Part shown: positions 26,111 to 35,149 of the stretch, one piece after another | Position numbering within the stretch: position 1 is the stretch's first letter | Layout: every line of letters starts with the position of its first letter | Origin: an uncultured delta proteobacterium | Lineage (GTDB): Bacteria > Desulfobacterota > Desulfobaccia > Desulfobaccales > 0-14-0-80-60-11 | Reading direction: 5' to 3' | Length of the DNA stretch: 64,000 nucleotides | NCBI GenBank assembly: GCA_963705115.1 | Contig: CAVPIX010000010.1 | Location: 331,096 to 395,095, forward strand | The notes under the pieces: model-generated | Database searches by the model: none | Seen by the model: only the letters and a program-made list of their open reading frames with translations | Told to the model about the DNA's origin: nothing | Translations under genes and position numbers: made by a program

Positions 26111-27271
26111 CTACTCCTTGATTTCCTCTTTCACCGACACCGCAACCTTATAGAGCACGGTGAGGATGAGGAAACCGATGGAATAGACGCCCAGGGAGAT
26201 GAGGATCTCCGGCACGGTGGGCCAGTACTCCACCACCCTTTCCAGGGGGTTGGGCACAAAGCCGCCGGTCATGAGTCCCAGGCCTTTGTCGATATACGTG
26301 GTTATGATAATCAGCCCGCAGGTCATGGCCAGGGTGGTTTCGTTCTCCCGGATCTTGGGGGACACCATGAGGAGCGCGGCCACCGTCATGCCGGTGAGGG
26401 CGAACCACATCCAGGGCACCAGCTTGGCCTTGCCGTCGATCCCCTGGAAGAGGTATTGGAAGTGGAGCATGTGATCCGGAATCTGGCTGTAGAACACGGT
26501 GAACACTTCACAGAAAAAGAAGAACACGTTGATCAAAATGGCGTAGGAGACGATCTTGGCCAACGTCTGGATCTGCTCTTTCCCCGGATCAAACTTGCTG
26601 TACTTCCTGACCAAAAGGGCCAGAAGGATCAAGAGGGATGGGCCGGCGGCAAAGGCCGACGACAGGAAGCGGGGGGCCATGATGGCGGTGAGCCAGTAGC
26701 CCCGCCCCGGCAAGCCGGCGTACAGGAACGCCGTCACGGTGTGAATGCTGGGCGCCCAGGGAATGGACAGGAGGATCAGAGGCTTCACCCAGTTGGGGGG
26801 CTTGACTTCGTGACGCTCCGATTCCAGGACCACCCAACCGATGACGATGTTCAGGAGCAAATAGACGTTCAGAACGATCATATCCCAGAAGAGCACGGAA
26901 TTGGGGGTGGGATATTTGATGATGTTAGCGAGCCGGTCAGGGCGGCCCAGGTCCACGATGACGAACATGAGGCACATGAGGACCGCAGGCACCGCCACGA
27001 ATTCTCCCAGGATGGTGATCCGGCCGAAGGCCTTGTAATCATGCAGGTAGTAAGGGAGAACCACCATGACGGCGCTGGCCGCCACGCCGACCAAGTAGGT
27101 GAGCTGCGCGATGTAAAATCCCCAGGAGACATCCCGCCCGAGGCCGGTGGTGTAACCCAGGCCGTATTTCAACTGCATCAGGTACATGGACGACCCGACC
27201 AGTATGAAGAACAGCAACACGCCCAGCAGCGTATAATATCTTCTGCTTCCTACTAAGGCATTTTCCAGCAT
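26111..27271 (-). CDS. dsrP: DsrP, NrfD-like integral membrane subunit of the DsrMKJOP complex
   Basis: 10-TM NrfD/PsrC-like sequence. It is the last gene of the M-K-J-O-P order. Confidence 0.9.
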   Translation of the reverse strand: MLENALVGSRRYYTLLGVLLFFILVGSSMYLMQLKYGLGYTTGLGRDVSWGFYIAQLTYLVGVAASAVMVVLPYYLHDYKAFGRITILGEFVAVPAVLMCLMFVIVDLGRPDRLANIIKYPTPNSVLFWDMIVLNVYLLLNIVIGWVVLESERHEVKPPNWVKPLILLSIPWAPSIHTVTAFLYAGLPGRGYWLTAIMAPRFLSSAFAAGPSLLILLALLVRKYSKFDPGKEQIQTLAKIVSYAILINVFFFFCEVFTVFYSQIPDHMLHFQYLFQGIDGKAKLVPWMWFALTGMTVAALLMVSPKIRENETTLAMTCGLIIITTYIDKGLGLMTGGFVPNPLERVVEYWPTVPEILISLGVYSIGFLILTVLYKVAVSVKEEIKE

Positions 27272-27278
27272 AGCGTCC

Positions 27279-28091
27279 TCACACGATATAGTAAACTTGC
27301 GGGTTGGTGCCGAGATGCACTTTGCGGCGGATGGCGAAGTTGGCCTTCAGGGCCTCCCGCACCGGGGATTTTTCCTCGTTTAGGTCGCCGAAGATGAGGG
27401 CTCCCTTGCTTTCCACCACGCAGGCGGGCAGCTCCCCCTTGGCCAGCCGTTTGGCGCAGAAATCGCACTTTTCCACCATTCCCGGCTCCCGGGTGGGATA
27501 TTCAGGGTGGGTTTCCTTGATATAGGGCCGGGGGTCCCGCCAGTTGAAGCTGCGGGCCGAGAACGGGCAGCCCGCCATGCAGTACCGGCAGCCGATGCAG
27601 CGGTGCATGTCCATCATGACGATGCCGTCGGCCCGTTTGAAGGTGGCCTGGGTGGGGCACACCCGGACGCAGGGCGGGTTGTTGCAGTGGTTGCAGAGCA
27701 GCGGGAATTTCATATGGTGGACCCGCTCTGACATAACCTGCGCTTCTTCGCCGGGGAAGGCGTTGTGGAAGGGGTCGGTCCAGATCCACTTGACCTGCCA
27801 CCGCACCAGTTCTTCGGGGGTGACGGCGTCCTTGGGGTTGACCGGATTGGCAAAATCAGGGACGTTGTGGATTTTATGGCAAACCTCGATGCAGCGCTGG
27901 GCGGTGGCGTCGTCCAGCTTGCGCATGTCCACCGCCATGGCATAGCGCTTGGCCGCCTGGGGCGCAGGGCCGGCAGCAACGGCCGCCTCCAGTTGGCCGG
28001 GGCGCAAAAGCTCCCAGGCCGATTTGGCGCCCAGCCCGAACAGGGTGGAAAGTCCAGCAATCCTGATGAATTCTCGTCTGTTGATACCCAT
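27279..28091 (-). CDS. dsrO: DsrO, periplasmic 4Fe-4S ferredoxin-like subunit (Tat signal)
   Basis: Tat motif MGINRREFIRIAG. Cluster motifs CNHCNNPPCVRVCP and CIGCRYCMAGCP. Confidence 0.9.
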   Translation of the reverse strand: MGINRREFIRIAGLSTLFGLGAKSAWELLRPGQLEAAVAAGPAPQAAKRYAMAVDMRKLDDATAQRCIEVCHKIHNVPDFANPVNPKDAVTPEELVRWQVKWIWTDPFHNAFPGEEAQVMSERVHHMKFPLLCNHCNNPPCVRVCPTQATFKRADGIVMMDMHRCIGCRYCMAGCPFSARSFNWRDPRPYIKETHPEYPTREPGMVEKCDFCAKRLAKGELPACVVESKGALIFGDLNEEKSPVREALKANFAIRRKVHLGTNPQVYYIV

Positions 28092-28579
28092 TACTTCACC
28101 TCCGCCTGCGCCATCTTTCCTGCCGTGGGGGGTTTATCCAGATGGCAGCCCCAGCAGTTCGGCGCCACCGCTACATAGTTGTGGCACTGGTCGCAAAATT
28201 CCGCCTTGTTGGCATGGCATCCCAGGCAGGTGTTGGTGAGGCTGGGCTCAAATTTTTTACCGCTGGGGCTTACCCACACCCGGTTGCCGGTACGCACCAC
28301 CTGATCCCGCCAATCAATCAAGAGCTGCATGTGGTAGGCCCGCATCTCTTCCGTGGGGAGAACACATTGTTTATCTTTGTCGGCCAGGCTTTTGATAGCC
28401 GGGGTGTCCAGACTGGGTTTAGGCGGCGGGACAACCCTTCCGGCATTCAGCCACAGGGGGGACGTGGCCAGGATAACCAACACGGCCAGTCCGATGAAGA
28501 TCGCCAATTTGTTATAGATCTTCTTCTCAACCTGCGGGCGCTCGGCAAACCACCCGAATTCGTTCTTGTAGTCAGCCAT
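28091..28579 (-). CDS. dsrJ: DsrJ, membrane-anchored triheme cytochrome c
   Basis: Three CxxCH motifs (CLGCH, CDQCH, CWGCH) and an N-terminal anchor helix. There is a 1-nt overlap with dsrO (TAATG). Confidence 0.9.
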   Translation of the reverse strand: MADYKNEFGWFAERPQVEKKIYNKLAIFIGLAVLVILATSPLWLNAGRVVPPPKPSLDTPAIKSLADKDKQCVLPTEEMRAYHMQLLIDWRDQVVRTGNRVWVSPSGKKFEPSLTNTCLGCHANKAEFCDQCHNYVAVAPNCWGCHLDKPPTAGKMAQAEVK

Positions 28580-30223
28580 TTATTCCGCTTCCTCCTCACC
28601 CTCCGCTTCCTCGAAACCCACTAAGGGCCGATCGCGCAGGTCGGTGGTGCGCTCAATTTCATCAGGGAAGACCAGGGCGTTGCCCACCAGTTCGGTAATC
28701 CCGGTGACTTCCACTTCGGGGATCCAGTAGTTCACCAGGGTGGGGAGCGTGGCCCGGTCCAGGGCGCAGATGCAGCCCAGGTGGTTGACCCCGTATTTTT
28801 CCGCCACGTGCCGCACGGCATTGGCCCGGGGGAAGCCGCCCTTCATCCTGGTTTCCATGAGCTCATCAGCGTTCAAAGCGGCGCTGCTGCCGCAGCAGAA
28901 GGTCTTTTCCCGGATGGTGTTGGGCGGCATCTCGAAGAAATGACCTTCGGGCAGGACATTATTGATGATGTAGCGGGGCTCTTCAAAGATGCCCATGGCC
29001 CGGGCGGTGTTGCACGAATCGTGGAAGGTGAGCTTGATGTGCTCATTCCGGCTCACGTCGAACTTCAGCTTGTTGTTGTGAATCAAATCCGCGGTGAACT
29101 CGGAGATGTGCACCATCTTATGGGCCTGGGCGTTCTCGAACACCGTGCCGGTGACGGGGGACTTGGGCACCTCCAGGAAGCTCGGGGATTCGCCGTAGTA
29201 GGTGCCCATGTACTGGTTACAGACCCGCCACATGTGGCCGCATTCCCCGCCCAGGATCCACTTGACCCCTAAACGCTTGGCCTCTTCATACATCTTGATG
29301 TTGAGGCGCTTGCCCATCTCGTGGGAGATGAACCAGCCGAAGTTGCCCCCCTCGGCCGCATAGGTGCTGACGGTGTAATCCAGGTCGAGATACTTGAACA
29401 GCAGCAGGTAGCCCATCATGGTGTAGCTGCCGGGGTCGGCGAAGTAGTCGCCGGAGGGCGTAATGAAAAGAATTTCCGCGCCCTTGCGGTTATAAGTGAC
29501 CGGCGTTTCGATGCCGGTGATGCGCTCGTTTTCCTCCGCCAGGAAGTCGATCATATCCTTGAAGGCCTGGGGAGTGGCGCCGATGTGGCTGCCCTTGGTG
29601 TAGCAGCTCCCCACTGAGGCCATGGCCCAGTCGAAGTTGATACCCACCGAGGCCAGCATTTCCCGGCCCAGGAGGGTCATCTCGGTCATGTCGATGCCGT
29701 AGGGGCAAAAAACCGAGCAGCGGCGGCACATAGTGCACTGATGGAGGTAGTAAAACCACTCCTTGAGGACATCTTCGGTGAGGTCCCGTGCTCCAGCCAG
29801 GGCCCCCAACATTTTGCCGGCGGGCTTAAAGTAGCGTTTGTAAACGGAACGTAAGAGCTCCGCCCGCATTACCGGCATATTTTTGGGGTCGCCGGTGCCC
29901 AGATAAAAATGACACTTGTCGGCGCAGGCGCCGCAGCGCACGCAGATGTCAAAAAAGAGTTTCAGACTGCGGAAGCGGCTGAGACGATCTCCCATCTGTT
30001 GGAGAACAATCTCTTTCCAATTTTCCGGAAGCTTCCAGTCCTCATCGGCTACCGACCAGGCCCGGGGGTAAGGATAGTTGACCATCTCCAACCACTTGGG
30101 TTGGGCGGCATTGACATAGGTGCCCGGCCGGAAATCTGGTTTGACATCCATCCAGCCCTTGGCCGGGGGCTGGTAATTGACTTGAGCCAACTCTTGAGGT
30201 TTGGGTACCTTTACCTTAGCCAT
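28580..30223 (-). CDS. dsrK: DsrK, HdrD-like iron-sulfur catalytic subunit
   Basis: CVRCGACADKC and CTMCRRCSVFCP ferredoxin motifs, plus a CCG-domain region (FHDSCNTAR.., TFCCGSSA). Confidence 0.9.
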   Translation of the reverse strand: MAKVKVPKPQELAQVNYQPPAKGWMDVKPDFRPGTYVNAAQPKWLEMVNYPYPRAWSVADEDWKLPENWKEIVLQQMGDRLSRFRSLKLFFDICVRCGACADKCHFYLGTGDPKNMPVMRAELLRSVYKRYFKPAGKMLGALAGARDLTEDVLKEWFYYLHQCTMCRRCSVFCPYGIDMTEMTLLGREMLASVGINFDWAMASVGSCYTKGSHIGATPQAFKDMIDFLAEENERITGIETPVTYNRKGAEILFITPSGDYFADPGSYTMMGYLLLFKYLDLDYTVSTYAAEGGNFGWFISHEMGKRLNIKMYEEAKRLGVKWILGGECGHMWRVCNQYMGTYYGESPSFLEVPKSPVTGTVFENAQAHKMVHISEFTADLIHNNKLKFDVSRNEHIKLTFHDSCNTARAMGIFEEPRYIINNVLPEGHFFEMPPNTIREKTFCCGSSAALNADELMETRMKGGFPRANAVRHVAEKYGVNHLGCICALDRATLPTLVNYWIPEVEVTGITELVGNALVFPDEIERTTDLRDRPLVGFEEAEGEEEAE

Positions 30224-31284
30224 TACTTCTCCTCTTCCACCGGCGCGGCCGACGGAATCTCCACCGGAAGGCCGGCTTCAATCATAGCTTCGCGATAGTC
30301 GTTTTCCTGATCCATATAGGTGTGGAACTTGACCGGGTAGTTCCAGGGGTTGACGTGAACCCGCTGGCGGTTGTTGTTGGCCAGGTTCCGAGTGGGGCTT
30401 AAGAACACCCCCGGCGCGTGCAGGAGCTTGCTGAAGGGGAAGTAAGCCAACAGCACGCTAACCAGGAAGAGGTGGACATAAAATAACGGACTGATGCCCG
30501 CGGGCACCACCGGGTGCAGGGTCACCAGCCCCAGGGCCAGCTCTTTCACCGCGGTGATGTCGGTGCGGTACACATAGCGCATGAAAAACCCGGTAAAGCC
30601 GATGCCCAGGATGAGAAACAGGGGAAAATAATCGGCGGCCAGGGAGATGTAACGAATGGCCGGATTGCGGAGGCGCCGGAGCAGGAGATAGGTCACGGCC
30701 GTCAACAGGATGATGTCCGTCAGGTACACAACCGGGGTGTAAAACTGGACAAAGCCGTCCACCTTCTCGATGCTGTGAACAAAGCCCCAGGTGGGCTCCG
30801 AAAAGAAACGCAAATGCCGCAAAAAGATAAGCAGGAAGGCGTAATGGAAGGCGATGGCCCCGAGCCAGAGCCACTTATTGGACCAGTGCACCAGTTTTTT
30901 GCCTTCCGGGAACTTGTCCATTTTCTGCAGTTCGGTGCGGGTGTTGCGGAAAAGACTGCGAAACCCAAAAATTTCCAGGGCCATGCGGCCCACCACCTGG
31001 GTGAATTTGCTGGGGTTGTCCAGTTTGTCCTGCACCGTGCGCTTGATCCAGGGCATGGTAACGTTTTGGGCGCAGGTGGTGGGGATGCGAAACGGCACCG
31101 GAGAACGAACCCATTGAATGATTTTGTAAATCAGGCCTTCAATAAAGAGGAAAACGGCCAGATAAGGGATGGCCACCCCGAAGACCCATTGCAAATTGGC
31201 CTGTGCCCCGAAGTAGGCAATCGCCATTAAACCGAGGACGACTGCCAGCGGCACGAAGAAATGCATCTTGAAGAAATCCGTCAT
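30223..31284 (-). CDS. dsrM: DsrM, NarI-like dihaem cytochrome b membrane subunit
   Basis: Polytopic protein with conserved His-containing helices (AFHYAFLLIFLRHLRFF; FYVHLFLVSVLLAYFPFSKLLHAPG). It is the first gene of the MKJOP block. Confidence 0.9.
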   Translation of the reverse strand: MTDFFKMHFFVPLAVVLGLMAIAYFGAQANLQWVFGVAIPYLAVFLFIEGLIYKIIQWVRSPVPFRIPTTCAQNVTMPWIKRTVQDKLDNPSKFTQVVGRMALEIFGFRSLFRNTRTELQKMDKFPEGKKLVHWSNKWLWLGAIAFHYAFLLIFLRHLRFFSEPTWGFVHSIEKVDGFVQFYTPVVYLTDIILLTAVTYLLLRRLRNPAIRYISLAADYFPLFLILGIGFTGFFMRYVYRTDITAVKELALGLVTLHPVVPAGISPLFYVHLFLVSVLLAYFPFSKLLHAPGVFLSPTRNLANNNRQRVHVNPWNYPVKFHTYMDQENDYREAMIEAGLPVEIPSAAPVEEEK

Positions 31285-31333
31285 GTACGGTCACCTCGTT
31301 TGAAGTTCGCCTGGTTGCCGGAGGTTGGCGGCC

Positions 31334-31846
31334 TTACGGGTTGTCGATCTCGATGCCCGCCCGCCGCAACAGCCCGCTGACCTTGGCCTTCACCTCATTG
31401 ACCTTCAGTTCACACAGCTTCTCCCGGCGTTTGGTGTAGGCGTCAAAACCCAGGAGGGCCAACCCGTCGATGCGGGACTCCAACTCCACCAGCTCCGAGG
31501 CCAGAGAAAGGTCCTTCAGTTCTGCCGCCAGTTCCTCCCGGATCACCTGCTTGAGGAAAAACATGAAAGCCATCGCCCGGGAAGGCGGGATGTCCTGAAG
31601 GGCCAGAATCCGGATAATTTCATCCAGCGCGGCGTTGGCTTCCTCCACCCCCAGGTCCTCCATTAAAGCCGCCAGGATGTCCGTTAGACCCCGGGTCAGT
31701 TGGTGGACCACCGGATTACCAAAAGGATCTTTTTCCTTTTTCAGGAACTGCGCCGTCTCAGGATAGTAGCTGCCCAACACCATATTCAGCCATTTCTGGT
31801 GAATGGCCGCGCTGTTGGCAGAGAGGAAGGGGACCAGCCGCTGCAT
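31334..31846 (-). CDS. RsbRD N-terminal-domain protein (commonly found upstream of dsrMKJOP)
   Basis: MQRLVPFLSANSAAIHQKWLNMVLGSYYPETAQFLKKEKDPFGNPVVHQL. The listed ORF starts at 31939, but the Met at 31846 fits the family N-terminus. It lies 49 nt upstream of dsrM. Confidence 0.7.
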   Translation of the reverse strand: MQRLVPFLSANSAAIHQKWLNMVLGSYYPETAQFLKKEKDPFGNPVVHQLTRGLTDILAALMEDLGVEEANAALDEIIRILALQDIPPSRAMAFMFFLKQVIREELAAELKDLSLASELVELESRIDGLALLGFDAYTKRREKLCELKVNEVKAKVSGLLRRAGIEIDNP

Positions 31847-32141
31847 ATTAATTGTGAAAGATATAACGACCTCAAAATCAGTGTCAAGGAAAAATTGCCC
31901 GTGGGTCACAGGCGCCGGGGATATTGCGGCCCTACCCAACTGAAGAGCAATTACAGTATGTTACCCTGACCGCCCCTCGGCGTATTGATACTATAGACAA
32001 AACTTAGGCAATGTAAAGTGAAAAATTTCACAGACAAACCTTCGTGCGGGGGAAGCCCAGGGATCTGAGGTCCGTGCCCTCCCCCCTTAAGTCTCGACTA
32101 GGTCTTTTGCCGAGCCAAGGACAGAAGCGATTAATGGAGAA

Positions 32142-32187
32142 GTGGGGCGGGCGTCCCGCCCACCATCTTGGTGCGCATGGCGCACCC
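32142..32187. repeat. Two-hairpin composite repeat, inverted copy of 8011-8058
   Basis: GTGGGGCGGGCGTCCCGCCCACCATCTTGGTGCGCATGGCGCACC. Confidence 0.75.
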
Positions 32188-32221
32188 TACACAAACTTTT
32201 CCTAAACAGGCAAAATCAGGT

Positions 32222-32506
32222 TTATGAGGGCGTGTCTGAAGATGGCGGGATGGGCTTCGAAGGGGGAGCTTTCCGGGGGGTCGCCAGGCGGCGGCGAAAA
32301 AGGGCATGGCCCCGGTAATCCAAATAGTCGAAAAAATAGACGTTAGCCACAAAAAACAGGGTTATGCCCAGCAAATAGCCCAAACCTGCCAGCTCGAAAT
32401 GCCGGGTCAGGAGCTTGGCGGCCAGAAAACCGAAGAGCAGCCTGAGAAAAAAGGTGAAAGCCTGTTGTATCACCCTGAGCCTGGCCTCCCTTCTCCCAGG
32501 CAGCAT
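32222..32506 (-). CDS. Hypothetical small membrane protein
   Basis: Two hydrophobic helices (FTFFLRLLFGFLAAKLL, GLGYLLGITLFFVANVYFF). No recognisable family. Confidence 0.3.
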   Translation of the reverse strand: MLPGRREARLRVIQQAFTFFLRLLFGFLAAKLLTRHFELAGLGYLLGITLFFVANVYFFDYLDYRGHALFRRRLATPRKAPPSKPIPPSSDTPS

Positions 32507-33194
32507 ATGGTTTTGGGGGGTGGGTATGACGAGTGGAAGGGGGAGTTTAGAGGCTCGATGCTCTTATCCCGCCGCCGTTCCCTTATTTGCGAACAACCTG
32601 GGGGCACAGGAGAAAATGCCCCGGAGGCAAGCGCCAGCGGCTTATCCTAAGCCGCGGTTACCTCCCTCAGCAGCCGCCCCGGGAAAAAAGATACAGCAGG
32701 AGGGCGGCAACAACAGCAATGGTCAACCAGCTCATGGGTCACATCCTTTTTGCACTTTGGGCCCTTTCGCATAATTGTATGACATTTCCACCCAAGTGCA
32801 AGACTCCTGGGCAAGGCGCTTGGGGTCGAAATTGGGTTATGGCAATGAGTCTTTGGGGGAGGGGGAGTTTTTGCATGGTGGTGAGCCTGGGCCGCCGACC
32901 CTGCTCCACTCTCTCTTTAGCGGGAGAAAATGTCGGGCGGGCACTGCTTGCCAAATAAATGATGGGTGGAGCCCACCCTGCATACCTGGTCGTGACAGGA
33001 GGTTTGAGGAGGAGAAAAAGGGCAGTGAACCGCAGGCAAACGACGGTGTCCACTGGCCTGTAGTCTCTTGCTTATTTCCATAAATGATTTTTAATAAATT
33101 AAGGGTCTTGGCCTACAGTAACCGGAGCTTCCCCGGCCCTCCCCCTTCCCCCGCCTGAGAAAAGCTGAGATAATAAAAATTTGCCAAAACTAAA

Positions 33195-33325
33195 GAGGCT
33201 CTTGCAAAAGTCGCTTTTTGTCATCCTGAACGAAGTGAAGGATCTCAAGCCCTTGGAAATACAAGATTCTTCGCTTCGCTCAGAATGACAAGTGGTGGGA
33301 TGGAGTTATTTTTGACAAGAGCCTC
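33195..33325. mobile_element. 131-bp MITE-like element, inverted copy
   Basis: TIR GAGGCTCTTG (33195-33204) / CAAGAGCCTC (33316-33325). Flanked by TAAA on both sides (33191-33194 and 33326-33329). Confidence 0.6.
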
Positions 33326-33363
33326 TAAAGGCAGCCGAATTTCTTAGGAAGGAAAGGACCGTC

Positions 33364-33981
33364 ATGGGCGCCATGATCGCCGATCTGGAGGGGCAATTCC
33401 GGGCCTTCATTCCCCCTCGCGATGAGCTCCTGCTCGCCTTGGAGGAAGAAGCCCGGCAAGAGCGCATTCCCATTGTGGGCCCGCTGGTGGGGGAACTGCT
33501 CTTCATCCTGGCCCGGGCCACCCAGGCCCGCCGGATCCTGGAGTTGGGCACCGCCACCGGCTATTCCGCCATTTATTTGGCCCGGGGCTGTGAGCCCCAC
33601 CAGGGCCGGGTGGTCACCCTGGAGGCGGATGGGGCGATGGCGACCCGGGCCCGGAAAAACTTCAGCCGCGCCGGTCTTACCGAGCGCATCGAAGTGCGGG
33701 AGGGGGAAGCCTTGCTCCTTATGGAGAACATGGCCGATTCCTTTGACCTTGCCTTTCTGGATATTGATAAAGAGAGTTATCTGGCGGCCCTGACCCAGTG
33801 CCAGCGTCTCCTCAGGGTGGGCGGCCTTTTGGTGGCTGACAACGTGGGCTTTGCCGCGGCTCAGGAGTTCAACCAGGAGATTTTCAGACGCCCCGAATGG
33901 CGGGTGGCGCCGCTTTTGTGCTTTCTGCCCGAACATTCTCCGGAACGGGACGGCCTCTGTTTGGCGGTGAAGGTGGCGTGA
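33364..33981 (+). CDS. Class I SAM-dependent O-methyltransferase (family 3, caffeoyl-CoA OMT-like)
   Basis: ILELGTATGYSAIYLARG (motif I), FDLAFLDIDKESY and LLRVGGLLVADNV. Confidence 0.8.
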   Translation: MGAMIADLEGQFRAFIPPRDELLLALEEEARQERIPIVGPLVGELLFILARATQARRILELGTATGYSAIYLARGCEPHQGRVVTLEADGAMATRARKNFSRAGLTERIEVREGEALLLMENMADSFDLAFLDIDKESYLAALTQCQRLLRVGGLLVADNVGFAAAQEFNQEIFRRPEWRVAPLLCFLPEHSPERDGLCLAVKVA

Positions 33982-34015
33982 ACCCTGAAATTTTAGCACT
34001 GCCCCCGAAAAAGAG

Positions 34016-34067
34016 GTAGCCGCGAGGCTAAGCCTCTCGCCGGCACAGGTTAAAAACCTGTGCCACC
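34016..34067. repeat. Double-hairpin repeat (GTAGCCGCGAGGC.. / CACAGG..CCTGTGCCACC)
   Basis: Paralogue of 14224-14275 and 57012-57064. Confidence 0.75.
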
Positions 34068-34148
34068 AAACTTTTGCCTCTTTTTTATATCACAAAGTAG
34101 GGGGGGTTAAACCCGCCCCTGCCAAACAAACGAGAAAAGGTTTTACCT

Positions 34149-34886
34149 GTGATTGACCTGCATGCTCATATACTCCCCGGCATCGATGACGGCCCCCGGT
34201 CCATGGAGGATGCCCTGGAGATGGCCCGTCTGGCCGCGGCCGACGGCATCACCATTATCGTGGCCACTCCCCACCTTTTTCGCCGCAAGTCCGTGGATTT
34301 TCAGATGCTGAACACCCCGGAGGACATCCGCCAGGCGGTGGCGAGCTTCAACGACAAGCTGGCGGAGGAAGGCATCGACCTCACGGTGCTGCCGGGTTGC
34401 GAGGCCCCCCTGTTTCCGGAGATCATCAAATTCATCGACGACCAGCGCATCCTCACCATCAACGACGGGCACCGCTACCTGTGCTTGGAAATGCCGGATA
34501 CGGTGATCCCGCCGGCCACGGAGGACATCATTTTCCAGTTGAACTCCCGGGGCATTACCCCCATCATTACCCATCCGGAACGCAACATGGTTTTTTACCA
34601 GATGCCCGATAAACTCCGGCGGCTGGTCTCCCTGGGTTGTCTGGCTCAGATTACCGCGCACAGCCTTATCCGGGGATTCGGCTGGGGAGTGGCCCGCTTC
34701 ACCAAAAAACTGGTGCGGGAAGGCCTGGTGAGCATCATGGCCACTGATGCCCACAGCGTTTCCGGCCGGCCGCCCCTAATGGGGCCGGCTTTGCACAAGC
34801 TTAAGAAATTGGTGGGGGAAAGCCGGGCCCTGGACATGGTGGCCACGCTGCCGGAGCGCATCATCCGCGGCGAGCCGGTTAATTAA
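34149..34886 (+). CDS. CpsB/YwqE-type PHP-domain protein-tyrosine phosphatase
   Basis: MIDLHAHILPGIDDGP, VATPH, ITHPER and MATDAH metal-ligand motifs. GTG start. Confidence 0.8.
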   Translation: MIDLHAHILPGIDDGPRSMEDALEMARLAAADGITIIVATPHLFRRKSVDFQMLNTPEDIRQAVASFNDKLAEEGIDLTVLPGCEAPLFPEIIKFIDDQRILTINDGHRYLCLEMPDTVIPPATEDIIFQLNSRGITPIITHPERNMVFYQMPDKLRRLVSLGCLAQITAHSLIRGFGWGVARFTKKLVREGLVSIMATDAHSVSGRPPLMGPALHKLKKLVGESRALDMVATLPERIIRGEPVN

Positions 34887-34936
34887 CGGATTAGAGGGGA
34901 AATATATGTTCCCCAAAGAAAATAATGGTCTTCATG

Positions 34937-35119
34937 TGGGGGGAGGGCCAGGGACCTGAGGTCCCTGCCCTCCCCCCACACCCCCTCCCAACCCGCAGAG
35001 GGTCCGAGAAAGGCGGGGCCATGGGCCCCGACTTTCTCGGGAAATATTCCCCCTATGGGATTGGGGGAGGGGGTGCGGGGGAGGGGGTAAGGGCTTGCAG
35101 CCCTTAGCCCCCTCCCCCG
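34937..35119. repeat. Family-1 composite hairpin array (three stem-loops), near-identical to 12384-12565
   Basis: GGGGGGAGGGCCAGGGACC tga GGTCCCTGCCCTCCCCCC; CCGAGAAAGGCGGGGCCATGGGCCCCGACTTTCTCGG; GGGGAGGGGGTAAGGGCTTGCAGCCCTTAGCCCCCTCCCC. Confidence 0.85.
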
Positions 35120-35149
35120 AAAAGAATCAATTTTTAAAAATTCACCACA

